The position numbers were made by a program, and so were the translations under genes. A DNA stretch of 64,000 nucleotides, from NCBI RefSeq assembly GCF_020745735.1, contig NW_026867728.1:1-64000 (forward strand), given 5' to 3'. This document shows, piece after piece, positions 10,900 through 22,869 of this stretch. This stretch comes from Hemiscyllium ocellatum (Eukaryota). The number at the start of each line of letters is the position of its first letter. Positions within the stretch are counted from its first letter, which is position 1. The notes beneath the pieces were generated by a model, which was given only the letters and a program-made list of their open reading frames with translations, did no database searches and was not told where the DNA came from.

Positions 10900-13690
10900 T
10901 TGCCACCTGGAAGTTTGCATTAGTTTTGTTTAATCTGTAATTCTCTGGGTTCCCAGACATGGGCCTTGCCATGCCCCCTATTGGAGACATCTGGAATTAC
11001 CGTCTGGGAGTCTGAGCTCGCCTGCTCTGGGTGTCCCTGTTGGTATACTGTCACTCCCCCTTTTGGAGTCATCAGGAACTGCTGCCTGACAGTCTGAGTG
11101 AGTCTGTTCTGAGTGAGTCTTCTGTCCATGGTGTGGGGATACCGTTAAGTATCTGAGTTGGGTGGTATCTCCTCACCATGAGGACAAATGGAAGCACTGT
11201 CTCCTAGGTTTTGTTATTCTGTTGCACATTCAGTCTGCGGTTCATTCTGCCTGTGATCCCACTGGATTGGGGGTGGTAAGTGATGTGGAATTCCTGTTTG
11301 ATACCAAACATGGTCATCACATTTTGCATTACTTGGCTGGTGAAATGGGGTTCCCTGATCTGACTCGATACTGCAGGGTAAACCCCACCTCGTGAACACC
11401 TGTTGTGTGAGGATCTGGCCTGTTGTTCTCACTGTGTTTGCCCCAATGGGAAATGCATCGATCCGTTTTGTAAAAGTGTCGATGATGTCATGGATGTAGG
11501 TGTATCTGTTTTCACATGGAGGCAGGGCACCTATAGAGTCAACTTGGAGGTTTGTCCAGGGCCCTTCCACTGGACGTGTGTGCCAACACAGTTCTTCAAG
11601 TGTTCTGTCACAGCCTCGATTCCCTGGTGCCCATGCCATCATGGAATTAGTAAATAATGTGGTTCCTGTCCTGAGTCAGGACTACATATACTCCTGCCTT
11701 TTCGACTAACCCATCATGTACTTGCAGGGAATCTTTCCACATAGCTTAGGCATCTGGATAAATCCCTGCCACAATCTGTTTTAACGGGTCATCACGATGT
11801 TGCTCTTGTCGAAGGTCTTCTACGTTAGTCTGACTTACAGTAACTGCATTGGCCTGCTCACCTATAGGTAACTGCCACAATTTTCCAACATGAGCAACAT
11901 TTTATGGAGAATTCACCTGCTCTGTAGTTACCTTCTGGGATGTCTTGTGGTGGTGTTTAACTTTAATTATACTGTATTGCCTTCCACGGGCAGACTGCAG
12001 TCCATACTGTAATAAAGGAGGCTGTTGGTAGTGATTTCCCATTGGGAGAAATTAAACCTTTGCTTCCCAGAGTGGTAAGAATTCAGTGAGGTTGTTGCAC
12101 ACACACATACTGTTGGAAAATATATCTGTGGGTGGAGGAACAGGTTGGAGTGGCTAACTACATAAGCCACAGCTGTTAGTTCCACAGCCTGGGCACTGAG
12201 TTGGCTAATTGAAACAATAGCTGTCCCTGAGTGTTGGTCATGTGTATCCCACAGCCGGTGATCCACATGCCATCCTGTCCAGTGGAGGCTCCACCTACAT
12301 AAATTCCGATGGCTGTGTCTGCTTGGTTATTCTCTTGTCTCATCCCTAACCGTTTTCCCAGCTGTTTGGGTCAGAAAAGTGCCAGTGGGGTGTTTTGTGG
12401 CTATGATTTGGCAGTCATGTGGGTCTCCTCCATAATTCAGGCCATCAGCTAGGAAGCTAGGCACCTTGGTACGTTTGACCGTGATGTCCCGACTCTGAAG
12501 CAGTGGAGTTCATTGTGTGGCTCGAATCTGTCTCACTGAGCCATCTTTGATTGGGCTGTCCAGCAGGAGCTGGTTTGGTGTATGTTCAGTCAGTATGGTC
12601 AGTGGGTTTAAACCAATAATGTAGTCAAAGTATTGGCCTGCCCAAAAGACTGTGTGGTGGTGCCATTCCCACATGGAAAGCCCTTGCTCCACGGGCTGTA
12701 GGACCCTGGAGACATAAGCCCCTGGCCCTTGCCTACCGTGTCACTCTTGCAGTGGAACAGCAGCTATCGTCTGGTCTGTGGCTGCAGCTTCGAGGGCGTA
12801 TGGTAAATCAGGGTTGGGAACTAGTCAGGCAGGAGCTGTTGTGAGGGCGTGTTGTAACTCAGTTACTCCTCTGTGTGTTGAGGTGTCCAATTCCAGGCAG
12901 CGTCCTTTATCAGTAACTCTGAGACTGGGGCTGCTTTGATGGTGAACCCATCAATGTGGTTTCTGCACTATCCCACTAACCCAAGGAAGGATCAAAGTGC
13001 ACGACCATCTCGGGGGAGTGGGAGTCGTTCTATGGTCTCTAATCGCTTTTAGTCTATTTCCCTTTTCCTGTGGGTGATTATCATTCACAAGGATGTGACC
13101 CTAGGCTGTAGAATTTGTGTCTTTTTCAGATTAATTTTGCAATCCTAGCCTGTGTAACAGATCGAGTAATTCACCTCGGAGCTGAATGTGCTCCTCCTTT
13201 GTTTCTGTTTACACAAGTCGGTCGTGTACATATTGTATGAGGCAAAAGTGAGGCCTGCAGATGCTGGAAACTAGAGTTTAGATCAGAGTGGTGCTGGAAA
13301 AGCACAGCAGGTCAGGCAGCATCTGAGGAGTAGGAAAATCGACAATTTGGGCAAAAGCCCTTCATCAGGAATATCTCAGCCAGTAGCCTCCTCCAAATAA
13401 GGGTACTGGGCACCTCCATGTCGATTGAATTACTCCCTGCTCCCAATTGTCCCGAGGGTGACATTCCATTGTCCCATTCAAGTCCAGCTTCAGGTGTGTA
13501 TTGCAGGGTCTGTAGCTGTCAGGTTTGTTTGTAAACCGTCTGTGAGCAGCTGTAGCCTGTCTGGATCCTGCAGCGTGTGGATTAGCACAGTCACTTTAGT
13601 CAAGGCTGGGTTTGATTTCCCAGCATGCTTTAATCATTGTCCATCTTTTGCAACGCCATGCTAAGTTTGTTATTTACACCATTTATCGCA
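10900..13690 (-). mobile_element. Degenerate Gypsy/Ty3 LTR-retrotransposon pol (RT-RNase H-integrase)
   Basis: Integrase core PWTNLQVDSIGALPP..IIDTFTKRIDAFP..FTRWGLPCSIESDQGTPF (11214-11642); RT-like INLKKTQILQPRVT near 13110-13140; many stops and frameshifts. Confidence 0.8.
13245..13372 (-). mobile_element. Penelope-like pLTR inserted into the Gypsy RT; hammerhead core mutated (GAAA lost)
   Basis: The reverse complement reads TATTCCTGATGAAGGGCTTTTGCCCAAATTGTCG.. and continues into the GATGCTGCCTGACC tail. Confidence 0.75.
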
Positions 13691-13719
13691 CCCCTCTTTG
13701 TTCTTCCTATCATGATGTG

Positions 13720-14115
13720 TCACTTCACTCTTCCCAGTGTTAACTTTCATTTGGCTGGCCATTTCACCAGCCTATATGCCCCAGAGCCTGTCAGCACTTT
13801 CCTCACTCTTCACTGGGTTTTTGAATTTTGTTTCATCTGCAAACATTGGAGTTTGTCCTGTATCCCTGAGTGCAGATCATTCACAAAGATCAAGAAGAGA
13901 ATTATATCACCAGTGCTGCACACTTCCCTCCCGTCTGAAATAAAACCACAGACCACAGCGCTCTGCTTCCTGGCCCAAAGCCAATTCCCAAACCACACAG
14001 CCAGTAACTTTGAACCTCATCTGCTTCAATTTAAAGAAGATATGTACATCGTACTTCACAGCAGGGGCAAGCCCTATGGCCCATCGAGTTTTATCCACAA
14101 TTCATTAAGACCATA
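13720..14115 (-). mobile_element. CR1 LINE RT fragment
   Basis: The minus ORF contains ILFLIFVNDLHSGIQDKL (YINDL/FADD region). Confidence 0.65.
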
Positions 14116-14149
14116 ACTGATCTGGTTCTGGCTCAGTTCTGCTCTCCTC

Positions 14150-14800
14150 CCTTGTCCCCACTACTCTCGATAAGGCCAAAGGCTGGTAGTCAGACAGCAT
14201 GTGTTAGCACCGAGGCTACAGGGATGAGAGGGATTGGTGGGAGGGGATGGAGTCATTTGTTGACACAAATAGTGAATGAGTTTCATCCTTTGTGTTTTGA
14301 ATCCACCCAGGATCACAGCTCTCTCCATGATGTCCATCACTCCTCAGGCAGCTGCTCTCACCACACCCTGAGACCCACACAGTGCTATGTGCCATCGTAT
14401 ACACACTCTTGACCTCTCTCTCCATCAGCATCCGTTCACACTGTCTCAAAGCTGTCCACAGCCCCAGGTTCGACATCATTCTCTGGCTCGTTCAACAGAT
14501 AACATGAAACTTTTTCTCTTCCTTTCAGGCAATAACACAAGCTGCAACAATTCAGAGTTACCCCCACCCCTCTGGAACCTTCCTCCACCCACTGTCCCAC
14601 TTGTCTCTCCCCATTGTCCTACCTCCACCTCTTGTTGGACATTTACTATCCCTTCTCCGATGCTGAATGTTCTGTACTCAGCAAAGGTCTCAGTTTTAAT
14701 CACTTTGCACTCCCACCTCACCAGAGCTCCATCTTCTTCAATAACCTGCGATCGAGACAAGGTGGGTCAGTCACAGAAACCCGTCAAATAACAGTCAGGG
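14150..14800 (+). mobile_element. Penelope-like element, N-terminal ORF fragment
   Basis: SDAECSVLSKGLSF motif (about 14655-14700), typical of the Penelope ORF upstream of the RT. Confidence 0.65.
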
Positions 14801-15689
14801 AGCTGCAGGGACAGTGAAACGACACGGGGACACACCCAGAGAGTGATACCCTTCTCAAGGCTCATCATCTGAGTCGAATCCTGCAAAGCTAACTCCGTGT
14901 CTCTCTCCACAGATGCTGTTAGAGCTGCTGAGTTTCTCCAGCTTTGTCTGATTTTATTTTTTGATTTCCAGCATCCACAGGATGTGGTTTCTGGATTACT
15001 CAAACGACAGATGTTCTCTTCAGGTTTTTTGTCTCTTACTCATCCGTGCACAATCATGAGAAATGCCACCCCACAATCACTTCGCCAGCCTGGCTGCTGT
15101 GAGGAAGGGGGCAGAGTTGGTCAGGCGGTGGTGCCTGGACACACTGACCATTTCCTGCAGAGTGTCAGCTGTATCTCACCCAAGTGTAAACCAACAACAT
15201 CCCCGGGGTAAAAGCTGAAGGAACTACAAACCCTGGAAATCCGAAACAAAAACAAATAGTTGGAAAAGCTCTGGCAGCATCTGTGGAGAGAAATCAGAGT
15301 GAAGGATTCAGGTCCAGTCAGGCCTTGCTCTGTGGTGGAATTGGCAGCACCGTCAGGCTTGTTCAGTCAGAGCAATGCACAGACTCCTTCCCACTGTGGG
15401 ACCACTGAACTGATGCTTTGACCAAGCTGAAATTCCCGAGGTTAGGCAGTGAATGTGGAATCTCCATCTCCAAATCCAGAATGTGGCGCAATACTCCCCA
15501 CTCCCACCTCACCGAAGTTCAGACACGACATGATGTGGGATACGAAGCACAAACAAATCAGCCAAGATCTTCCTGAATGTTGGAGCAGGCTTGAGGGGCT
15601 GAATGGTTTACCCCTGCCCCAATTTCTTCTGGTCATGTGTTTCATTCGGGGTAGGACCACACAGACTATCCAAAACATTCATGAGAAAT

Positions 15690-16440
15690 GTGATTGGAGC
15701 AGGGAGGATATTGGAAGGTAGGAGAGAGTTGAGGTGAGGCAGGAGCAAATATTAGAGGGTGCAGGGAATGAGAAGATGGTGAGAACAGATTCAGTAGTTT
15801 TCATATCCTTGCGAGGCACGTGGGTCTCACAGGCAAGGCCAGCGTTTGTTGCCCATCCCTGAACACCCTTGAAGTGAGAGGCTTGCTTGGCCATTTCAGA
15901 GGGCAGCAGGTCAGAGTCAGACACATTGCATTCAATCGCTCCAAAAAGGACACACTGAGGTTTGAAATGAGGATTTGAAGTCACCTGTTGTGCCGATAGG
16001 GTAAAGGTGGTAGATTTGCTTCCCTGAAGGACATTAATGAAACAGGTTCTATCTTTAAACAACAATCGATGTTAATTCAGATGGTCACCATCACAGAGAT
16101 GAGTTTATGCTTCCAGATTTAATAATTAAAAGTAAATTCTACAAGTTGCCATGGTGAAAATTGAACCCCTCTCCCCCGAGCATGAACCCGACCCTCAGGT
16201 TCCCCACTGGGAGTCATTTGAGATGTGTGACACCCAACTGGACTGTTTTCCTTGACCCATACCAAAGCAGCAGACAGACTGGCCGTGAACAGCTCGAGGC
16301 AGCAAGGACCGGGCTGAGCCAATTACTCAGCCAGATGATTCAGGGAATCGGAAATGGTTATTGTCCAAGAATCCATCCAGGGTCAGGGACTGAGGAGATT
16401 TCCATCTCCATCGCTCAGATAATAATTTAAAGAGCCTGGT
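15690..16440 (+). repeat. Local segmental duplication, copy 1 (paralog at 20670-21410)
   Basis: Collinear similarity covers the SINE-like core and unique flanks, e.g. GGAAATGGTTATTGTCCAAGAATCCATC vs GAAATGGTTATTGTTCAAGAATCCATC and GCTCAGATAATAAT in both. Confidence 0.75.
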
Positions 16441-16809
16441 CAGCTCCCTTCATGGAAACCCATTGGTTGTGGGATCGCTTAGGTCCGTCTACCACTTGCT
16501 GCTTGTACTGTTTGGTACACAAGTACACCTGTATGGTCACTTCTCCAGACGAACACCTCAGTTTTAGGTGTGGCTGTTGCTGCTTGTGACATGCCCTCCT
16601 ATACTCTCCAGTGAACCTGAAGTAATCCCCTGGCTAAATGGTAATGGCTGAGTGAGGGAGATGCCGGACTATGAGGTTACAGGTGTGCTGGAGTACAATG
16701 TTGCTGCTGCTGATGGCCCACAGTGTCTCATGGATGTGCAGGCAGGAGTTGCTAGATCTGTTTAAAACCTGTCGCATTTAGCATGGTGATAGAGTCACAC
16801 AACATGTAG

Positions 16810-17092
16810 NNNNNNNNNNNNNNNNNNNNNNNNNNNNNNNNNNNNNNNNNNNNNNNNNNNNNNNNNNNNNNNNNNNNNNNNNNNNNNNNNNNNNNNNNNN
16901 NNNNNNNNNNNNNNNNNNNNNNNNNNNNNNNNNNNNNNNNNNNNNNNNNNNNNNNNNNNNNNNNNNNNNNNNNNNNNNNNNNNNNNNNNNNNNNNNNNNN
17001 NNNNNNNNNNNNNNNNNNNNNNNNNNNNNNNNNNNNNNNNNNNNNNNNNNNNNNNNNNNNNNNNNNNNNNNNNNNNNNNNNNNNNNNNNNNN
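16810..17092. other. Assembly gap (283 N)
   Basis: Run of N. Confidence 1.
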
Positions 17093-17099
17093 ACGCACG

Positions 17100-18451
17100 A
17101 ACCCACATGCAGACACACACACAGACACACACACACAAACTAAGCTCTGGTCTTTGGGGAGGGGGAAACCACTTGAAACAGTTTCAATGGTCCTCTGTTC
17201 ACAAGACCTGCTGAGATGATCCTTGTGCTGATCAGAATGCTGATCGTTGTTCTTCCTTCTCCAGGTCAGCACCTGGAATAATTTGTTTTGAAAGTCTGTA
17301 ATAAACAGAAATCAGAGCAGCTCAGAATTATAATTTCAGTTTGAGGGGAATTACCTGAAAGGGGAACATTTACCTCAACAATTGTACATTTATTTTATTA
17401 ATTGATAGGATGGGTGTATCACGGGCCAGGCCAGCACTTATTGCCCATCCATAGTTGCCCAGAGAGCAACCAAAACCTAACCATACCGCGGTGGGTCTGG
17501 AGTTACATGTTGGCAGAAGTGGGTACTGCAGATGTTGGAGATTAGAGTCAAGATGAGAGTGGTGCTGGAAAAGCACAGCAGGTCAGGCAGCATCTGAAAA
17601 GCAGGCAAAAGCCTTTCATCAGGAACTCATCAGGAATCACATGGAGGCCGGTCCCTGTAAGGATGGCATTTACTGTCCATAAGGACATTACTGACCCAGA
17701 CGGGTATTTCCTGACAAGTGGTAATGAGTTTGTAGTCACTATTAGACTCTTAATTCCAGATTGTTTTGTATATAAATTCCACCATTCCCTGTGGAATGAT
17801 TCAATTCTAGTTCCCCAGAACATTACCTGGTTCTCTGGATTAACCATCCAGCCAATTTGCCATGATGCCCTCACATCCTCTTTTCCCTCATTCTCTTCCT
17901 GACCGGGATAAACATACTGGGAGAGACAAACTGTTGACCGACGGTCAAGTACCATCTAATAGGATAGGGGAGAATCTGTTTGCCTTCTGATTGGTGCAGA
18001 AAACCAACACCCCAATGAAGATGGGCAGGTTGGCAGACCAATGCTAGAGCACTGGGATGAGGAGGTGGGGCTTGGAAGTCATGGGATCAACCCCCAGTGA
18101 TCTGACTGAACAGCATTAGAGATGCCAGGAACAAGGAACTATATCACACAGCCCCAACTGGTTCTATCCAATACATGGGAGAGTGGGATCCTGGAGCCTG
18201 GGAGCAGGTGGAGTGTCAGAGAAAAAGGGAGAGGAAATTAGAACTGGTGTTGAAATGAAAGACTGATTCACTCACGTCTGAATAAGCAACTCAGAGAGTC
18301 TTGCTGTTTGAACTGAAGGAGAATTGTTGTTATTGAGGAGGATTACTTTTAAACATTTAGATTCATCACAAAATGGAATAGTATATAAAATATGCTGAAG
18401 AACAATTATCGTCACTTACCATTTTCTGCTCCTGTGCCTTCCCTTTCCAGC
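17100..18451 (-). pseudogene. Inverted paralog of gene C's cytoplasmic/3' region (7440-8085 and 9015-9170), lacking both ITIM exons
   Basis: The reverse complement aligns with gene C introns and exon 7528 (GCAAGACTCTCTGAGTTGCTTATTCAGAC vs GCAAGACTCTCCGGGTTGCTGATTCAGAA). The acceptor intron GCTCTGATTTCTGT..AG is conserved, but the following exon is not. Confidence 0.75.
18420..18451 (-). CDS. Candidate 32-nt cytoplasmic exon of a minus-strand receptor paralog (no tyrosine)
   Basis: tatttctcctcacactgaacAG|GCTGGAAAGGGAAGGCACAGGAGCAGAAAATG|GTaagt; it sits at the position equivalent to gene C's ITIM1 exon. Confidence 0.45.
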
Positions 18452-18454
18452 CTG

Positions 18455-18730
18455 TTCAGTGTGAGGAGAAATACAGTTACCCCAACATCCTTCCCTTCAG
18501 TATGAGGGTAATTACTATGAGAGGAGCATTTACCCCAACATCCTTCCCTTCGGTGTGAGAGTAATTACTGGGAGGAGAGCATTTGCTCCAACATCCTTCC
18601 CTGCAGTGTGGTGGTGATTACTGTGAGGGGAGTATTTACCCCAACGTCCTTCCCTTCAGTGTGAGGGTAATTACTCTGAGGGGAGCATTTACCCCATCAT
18701 CAACCCCTTTCACTCTGAGGGTAATTATAG
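18455..18730. repeat. 53-bp minisatellite, about 5 copies
   Basis: CCCAACATCC-type anchors at 18481, 18534, 18587, 18640 and 18693 (period 53). Confidence 0.9.
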
Positions 18731-19039
18731 AAAAGAGGAACATTAAATGCAATGTTCTGGGACAAAATTAACTGGTACTTAGGGTCACAGAGTCATACAG
18801 CACAGAAACAGACCCTTTAGCCTAACATGGAGAAAGTGAGGACTGCAGATGCTGGAGATCAGAGCTAAATAATGTGTTGCTGCGCTTTTCCAGCAACACA
18901 TTTTTCAGCTTGAGCCTAACATGTCCATTCCAGTAAGTTTTCCCCAACTGAACCAGTCCCATTTTCCTGTGTTTGACCCATATCTCTCTCACCCTCTCCG
19001 AACCATGTACCGGTCCAAAATGTCTTTTAATTTGGTGGC

Positions 19040-19590
19040 TGTGAGGTGGGTCTTTCATCAGAGTGAACCCACTGGTGCGTCAATAGTGAGTGAATCCACT
19101 CCAACACTCTGAGCAAGTGAATGGTCTCTCCCCATTATGAACATGTTGGTGTGCAGTGAGGTGAGATGATTGCCTGAACCCTGTCCCACAGTGAGACCAC
19201 CAGAGCAGTCTCTCCCCAGTGCGAACGTGGTGATGGATCATCCGATGGTGAATACATTTATTGCTTTTCCCACAGTCTGAACTTTTAAAAGCTTCTTAAT
19301 GTAGTGAATGTGCTGGTGTCTCAGCAGCTGGGATGATTGAGTGTATCCCTTGCCATACTCTGTGTGGGTGAACGGCCTCTCCCCAGTGTGAACTCACTGA
19401 TGTACAGTCAGCTGGGATGATCGCCTGAACCCAGTTCCACAGTGAGAACACTTGAATGGTCTCCTGAATCATCCCCATCAGTGAACACACATTAATGGGA
19501 CATCAGTTCTCCAGGAGGTTTACAGCATTGCCTCCATCCTGAATATTTATAAGGTCTCTCCCCGTGTGAACTCTCCGGTGCCTCCAGACA
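19040..19590 (-). pseudogene. C2H2 zinc-finger (Krueppel-type) array pseudogene, about 5-6 degenerate fingers
   Basis: Minus frames read [52 protein letters not shown] and [31 protein letters not shown]. There are HTGERPF linkers, stops, lost cysteines and frameshifts. Confidence 0.85.
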
Positions 19591-20322
19591 GACATATACA
19601 AAATGTTGAATAAAGTCTTCAGTGCTTGATGTGATGTAGATTTAATGAGTGATTTGTGTGAATGAGAGGGTTTTTATATGGTGAAGCCGACAACAGATAC
19701 TTTGAGTTTTATTTTATTTCATCTCAGCGTGGCTCTTGAAGGCCAGTTGTGATGGAGCTGAGTGAGTTGTTCAGGAAGAAGACCATACGACACAGGAACT
19801 GAAGTGGGCTATTCATCCCATCAGGGTCTCGCAGGTACAGTGCTGCTGTGACTGAGGGGTTGGGAGGATATGAAATGGGAACCATTCACAAACAGGAAAC
19901 TCCGAACAGACATGTGGCTGTCACTCCTTTTACCAGGATACGAATATCGATGTCCTTCCCCTGTGGAAGCAAATGCTTTCCTTTTTGTCTGAGAGAAAAG
20001 ATGTCAGATGTTGGTGTGACTGTGTGTGTTCCAAAGTATTCACTAACCAGATTAGACCATCCTGGAGCATGTGCTGACTCTGTGTCCCCCACCTGCAGAA
20101 GGTGCTGGGCTGGGTTTCACCAGCAATTTCTGTTTTTGTTTCTGATTTCCAGCATCCACCGCTCTTTGTCATTTTTCGATTCCCTGCGGCGAGTGTTTGT
20201 ATTTCAGACTGGAGGGACGTGTGCTGAAACAAGGCTCTTTTTGAGCTGTGTGTATGACCTGGACTCAAGTGGACAGGACAGAATTTCAGTACTTGCAGGA
20301 AATATGAAGATCCAAAGTGTAG

Positions 20323-20640
20323 TGTAATGGACCAGATCAAACCACCTCAAAACATATCAAGGAGATAGCTTTGATCCTAACTTTTTTCTTGTTTAAATGC
20401 AAGTTCAAGGCATTGCACTCGAGATGTGATTCCATTGGTCAAACTATTCACCTTTAAACAAAACTCAATTTATTCTGACACCACAATTTAAATACAAATG
20501 AGAAAAAGAATTGGCATTACTTTACCTTTCATAAAATACTTAACAAAATAATATATTATTTAACAACTGCTCATCAACTGCTCCAATACAGCAGCATCAC
20601 ATAAGCACACACTTGGCAAAGGTAACGTCAACAAAGCAGA
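20323..20640. mobile_element. Truncated LTR of the same family as 33027-33616
   Basis: TGTAATGGACCAGATCAAACCACCTCAAAACAT is similar to TGTCATGGACCAGGCCACACCCCCTCAAAACAT. Confidence 0.55.
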
Positions 20641-20669
20641 CCTCCTACACTTGCAGAGATGAGATTGGA

Positions 20670-21410
20670 GCAGGTGGGATATTGGTTACGAGGGGAGGGT
20701 CAAAGGGAAATAAGGGTAGAGAGAGTGAAGTGAAGCAGGGCCAGGTGTTAGAGGGTGCAGGGACTGAGCAGAGAGTGAGAACAGATAAGGTAGATTTTTA
20801 AAATTCAATCAAGGCATGTGGGTCTCGCTGGCAAGGCCAGTATTTGTTCCCCATCCCTAACTGTCCTTGAACTGAGAGGCTTGCTTGGCCATTTCAGAGA
20901 CAAGGACAGAGTCAGACACATTGCATTCAATCTGTCCTCAAAGGTCACACTGAAGTTTGAAGTGGGATCTGAAGTCACCTGGAGGGCAGATGAGGGAAAG
21001 ATGGTGGATTTGTTTCCCTGAAGGACATTAGTGAAACAGGGTTTTTTTTGAGCAAGAAATGATGATAATTCAGATGGCCACCATCAGGAAGAACAAGGCT
21101 TCAATCCCAGATTTATTAATTAAATTCCACATCTTGCCATGGTGAGGATTGAACCCCATTTCCCCAGAGCATAAACCTGATCTTCAGGGTCCCCTCAACA
21201 GCCCAGCTATGGGAGTCATTTGGGATGTGTGACTGGACTCTTTTCCTTGATCCATACAGACCGGCCATAAACAGTTCGAAACAGCAAGGAACGGGCCTGA
21301 CGATTCAGAAAATCAGAAATGGTTATTGTTCAAGAATCCATCTAGAGCCAGTGACTGAGGAAAGGAGTTTTAATCTTCATTGCTCAGATAATAATCTAAA
21401 GAAACCAATC
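20670..21410 (+). repeat. Local segmental duplication, copy 2 (paralog at 15690-16440)
   Basis: Same alignment as copy 1. Confidence 0.75.
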
Positions 21411-22199
21411 AGATCCCTTTCTGGAATGTTATGAAACAGGGATAACAAGCCAAACCAAACCCACCTCACTATCACTGGATACACAACACAATGAAAAGAA
21501 AACAGTCAATGATCCTCAAAATTCCTGAATGATTCTGACTGAGACATAACAAAGAACACATCTTGGACACCAAGTCTACAATTTTAATGAAAATTAACAA
21601 TTCATTCTGAAGAACAAAACTGAGCACAGATAAACTAAAAGGCAATAGCATGTTTTGAGTCAATTTGTAGTTCAGGTTGAGGTTCTGGATGTAGATTTGT
21701 TATCTGAGCAAACCAATACCCAAACTATAAGGTAATCTAATTAATATCTACCACCTAAGCCCAATCTTCATTGATTATAAACATCCAATCAGACATCTGT
21801 CACAAATATGTGTGCGCACATACACACACATGCGGAGTTAAGATAAATGAGAAAAATAAAAGAATTGTGATTTTCCAGTTTGATGACCATTTTACTGATA
21901 AACGTCAGGCCTTCATGAAATCCTTGGATGATGAGTTCTCTTACAGGAACATTGGTGTACGTCTTGCTTGAATTCCAGAGTCACTGGTCAATACAGACCG
22001 CTTCTGCAGATAGAGCTATAGATTCATGGAGTCCTAAAGCACGGGGACAGGACCTTTGCCCCAAAATGGTCCATGCCCACCAAAATGTCTGTCCACACTC
22101 ACCCCATTTCCCCTCACTTGGCCCATATCCTTCTAACCCTTTCCTGGACACGTATTTACCCAAATGCCTTTTAAATGTTGATAATGTATCCAGCTCAAC

Positions 22200-22860
22200 T
22201 ACTTCCGCTGGCAATTCATTGCAGATAACACTAAGATTGGTGGAGTAGCAAATAGTGAAAGGGACTGTCAGAGAATTCAGCAGAATATAAATAAATTTGA
22301 GAGTTGAGCAGAGAAATGGCAGGTGGAGTTTAATCGACGCAAATGTGAGGTGATGCATTTTGGAAGATCCAATTCAAGAGCAAACATTATGGTAAATGGA
22401 CAAGCCCTGCTGAAAATTAATGCACAGAGAGATCTGGGTGTTCAGATCCATTGATCCCTGAAGGTTACAATGCAGTTCGATAGAGTGCTCGAGAAGGTAT
22501 ACAGCATGGTTTCCTTTATCAGGCGGGGTATTGAGTACAGGAGTTGGTAGGTCATGTTATGGTTGTATAAGATTTTGGTTCCGCCATGTTTGAAATCTTA
22601 TGTACCCATCTGGTCACCACGTAACCAAAAGGATGTGGATGCTTTGGAGAGGGTGCAAATGAGGTTCACCAGGATATTGTCTGGTATAATGGGATGCTGG
22701 CTATGAAAAGAGGTTGCGCCGATTAGGATTATTTTCGTTAGGAAGACAGAGGTTGAGGGGCACCTGATTGAGGTCTACAAAATCATGAGAGGTAAGACAG
22801 GGTGGATAGCAAGAAGCTTTTTCCCGGAGTGGGGTCTCAGTTACGAGGGGTCATGAGTTC
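22200..22860 (+). mobile_element. CR1 LINE 3' RT fragment
   Basis: GCAGATAACACTAAGATTGGTGG..GATCTGGGTGTTCAGATCCAT..GGAGAGGGTGCAAATGAGGTTCACCAGG, matching the CR1 ADDTKIGG and DLGV motifs. Confidence 0.75.
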
Positions 22861-22869
22861 AAAGTGACA

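Noticed and set aside
15510-15531. Minus-strand ATG TCG TGT CTG AAC TTC G|GTgagg mini first exon
   Set aside because: The nearest plausible acceptor (about 15110) gives an immediate stop, and there is no other support.
17216-17264. + strand 49-nt 'leader exon' MILVLIRMLIVVLPSP-G|GTcagc
   Set aside because: It looks like an Ig leader, but no V exon follows on the + strand. It lies within the inverted paralog, antisense to the receptor tail, and its counterpart at about 9030-9065 has a 13-nt deletion and no donor. It is most likely a chance antisense reading.
16752-17272. ORFs spanning the N run
   Set aside because: Artefacts of the assembly gap and CA repeats.
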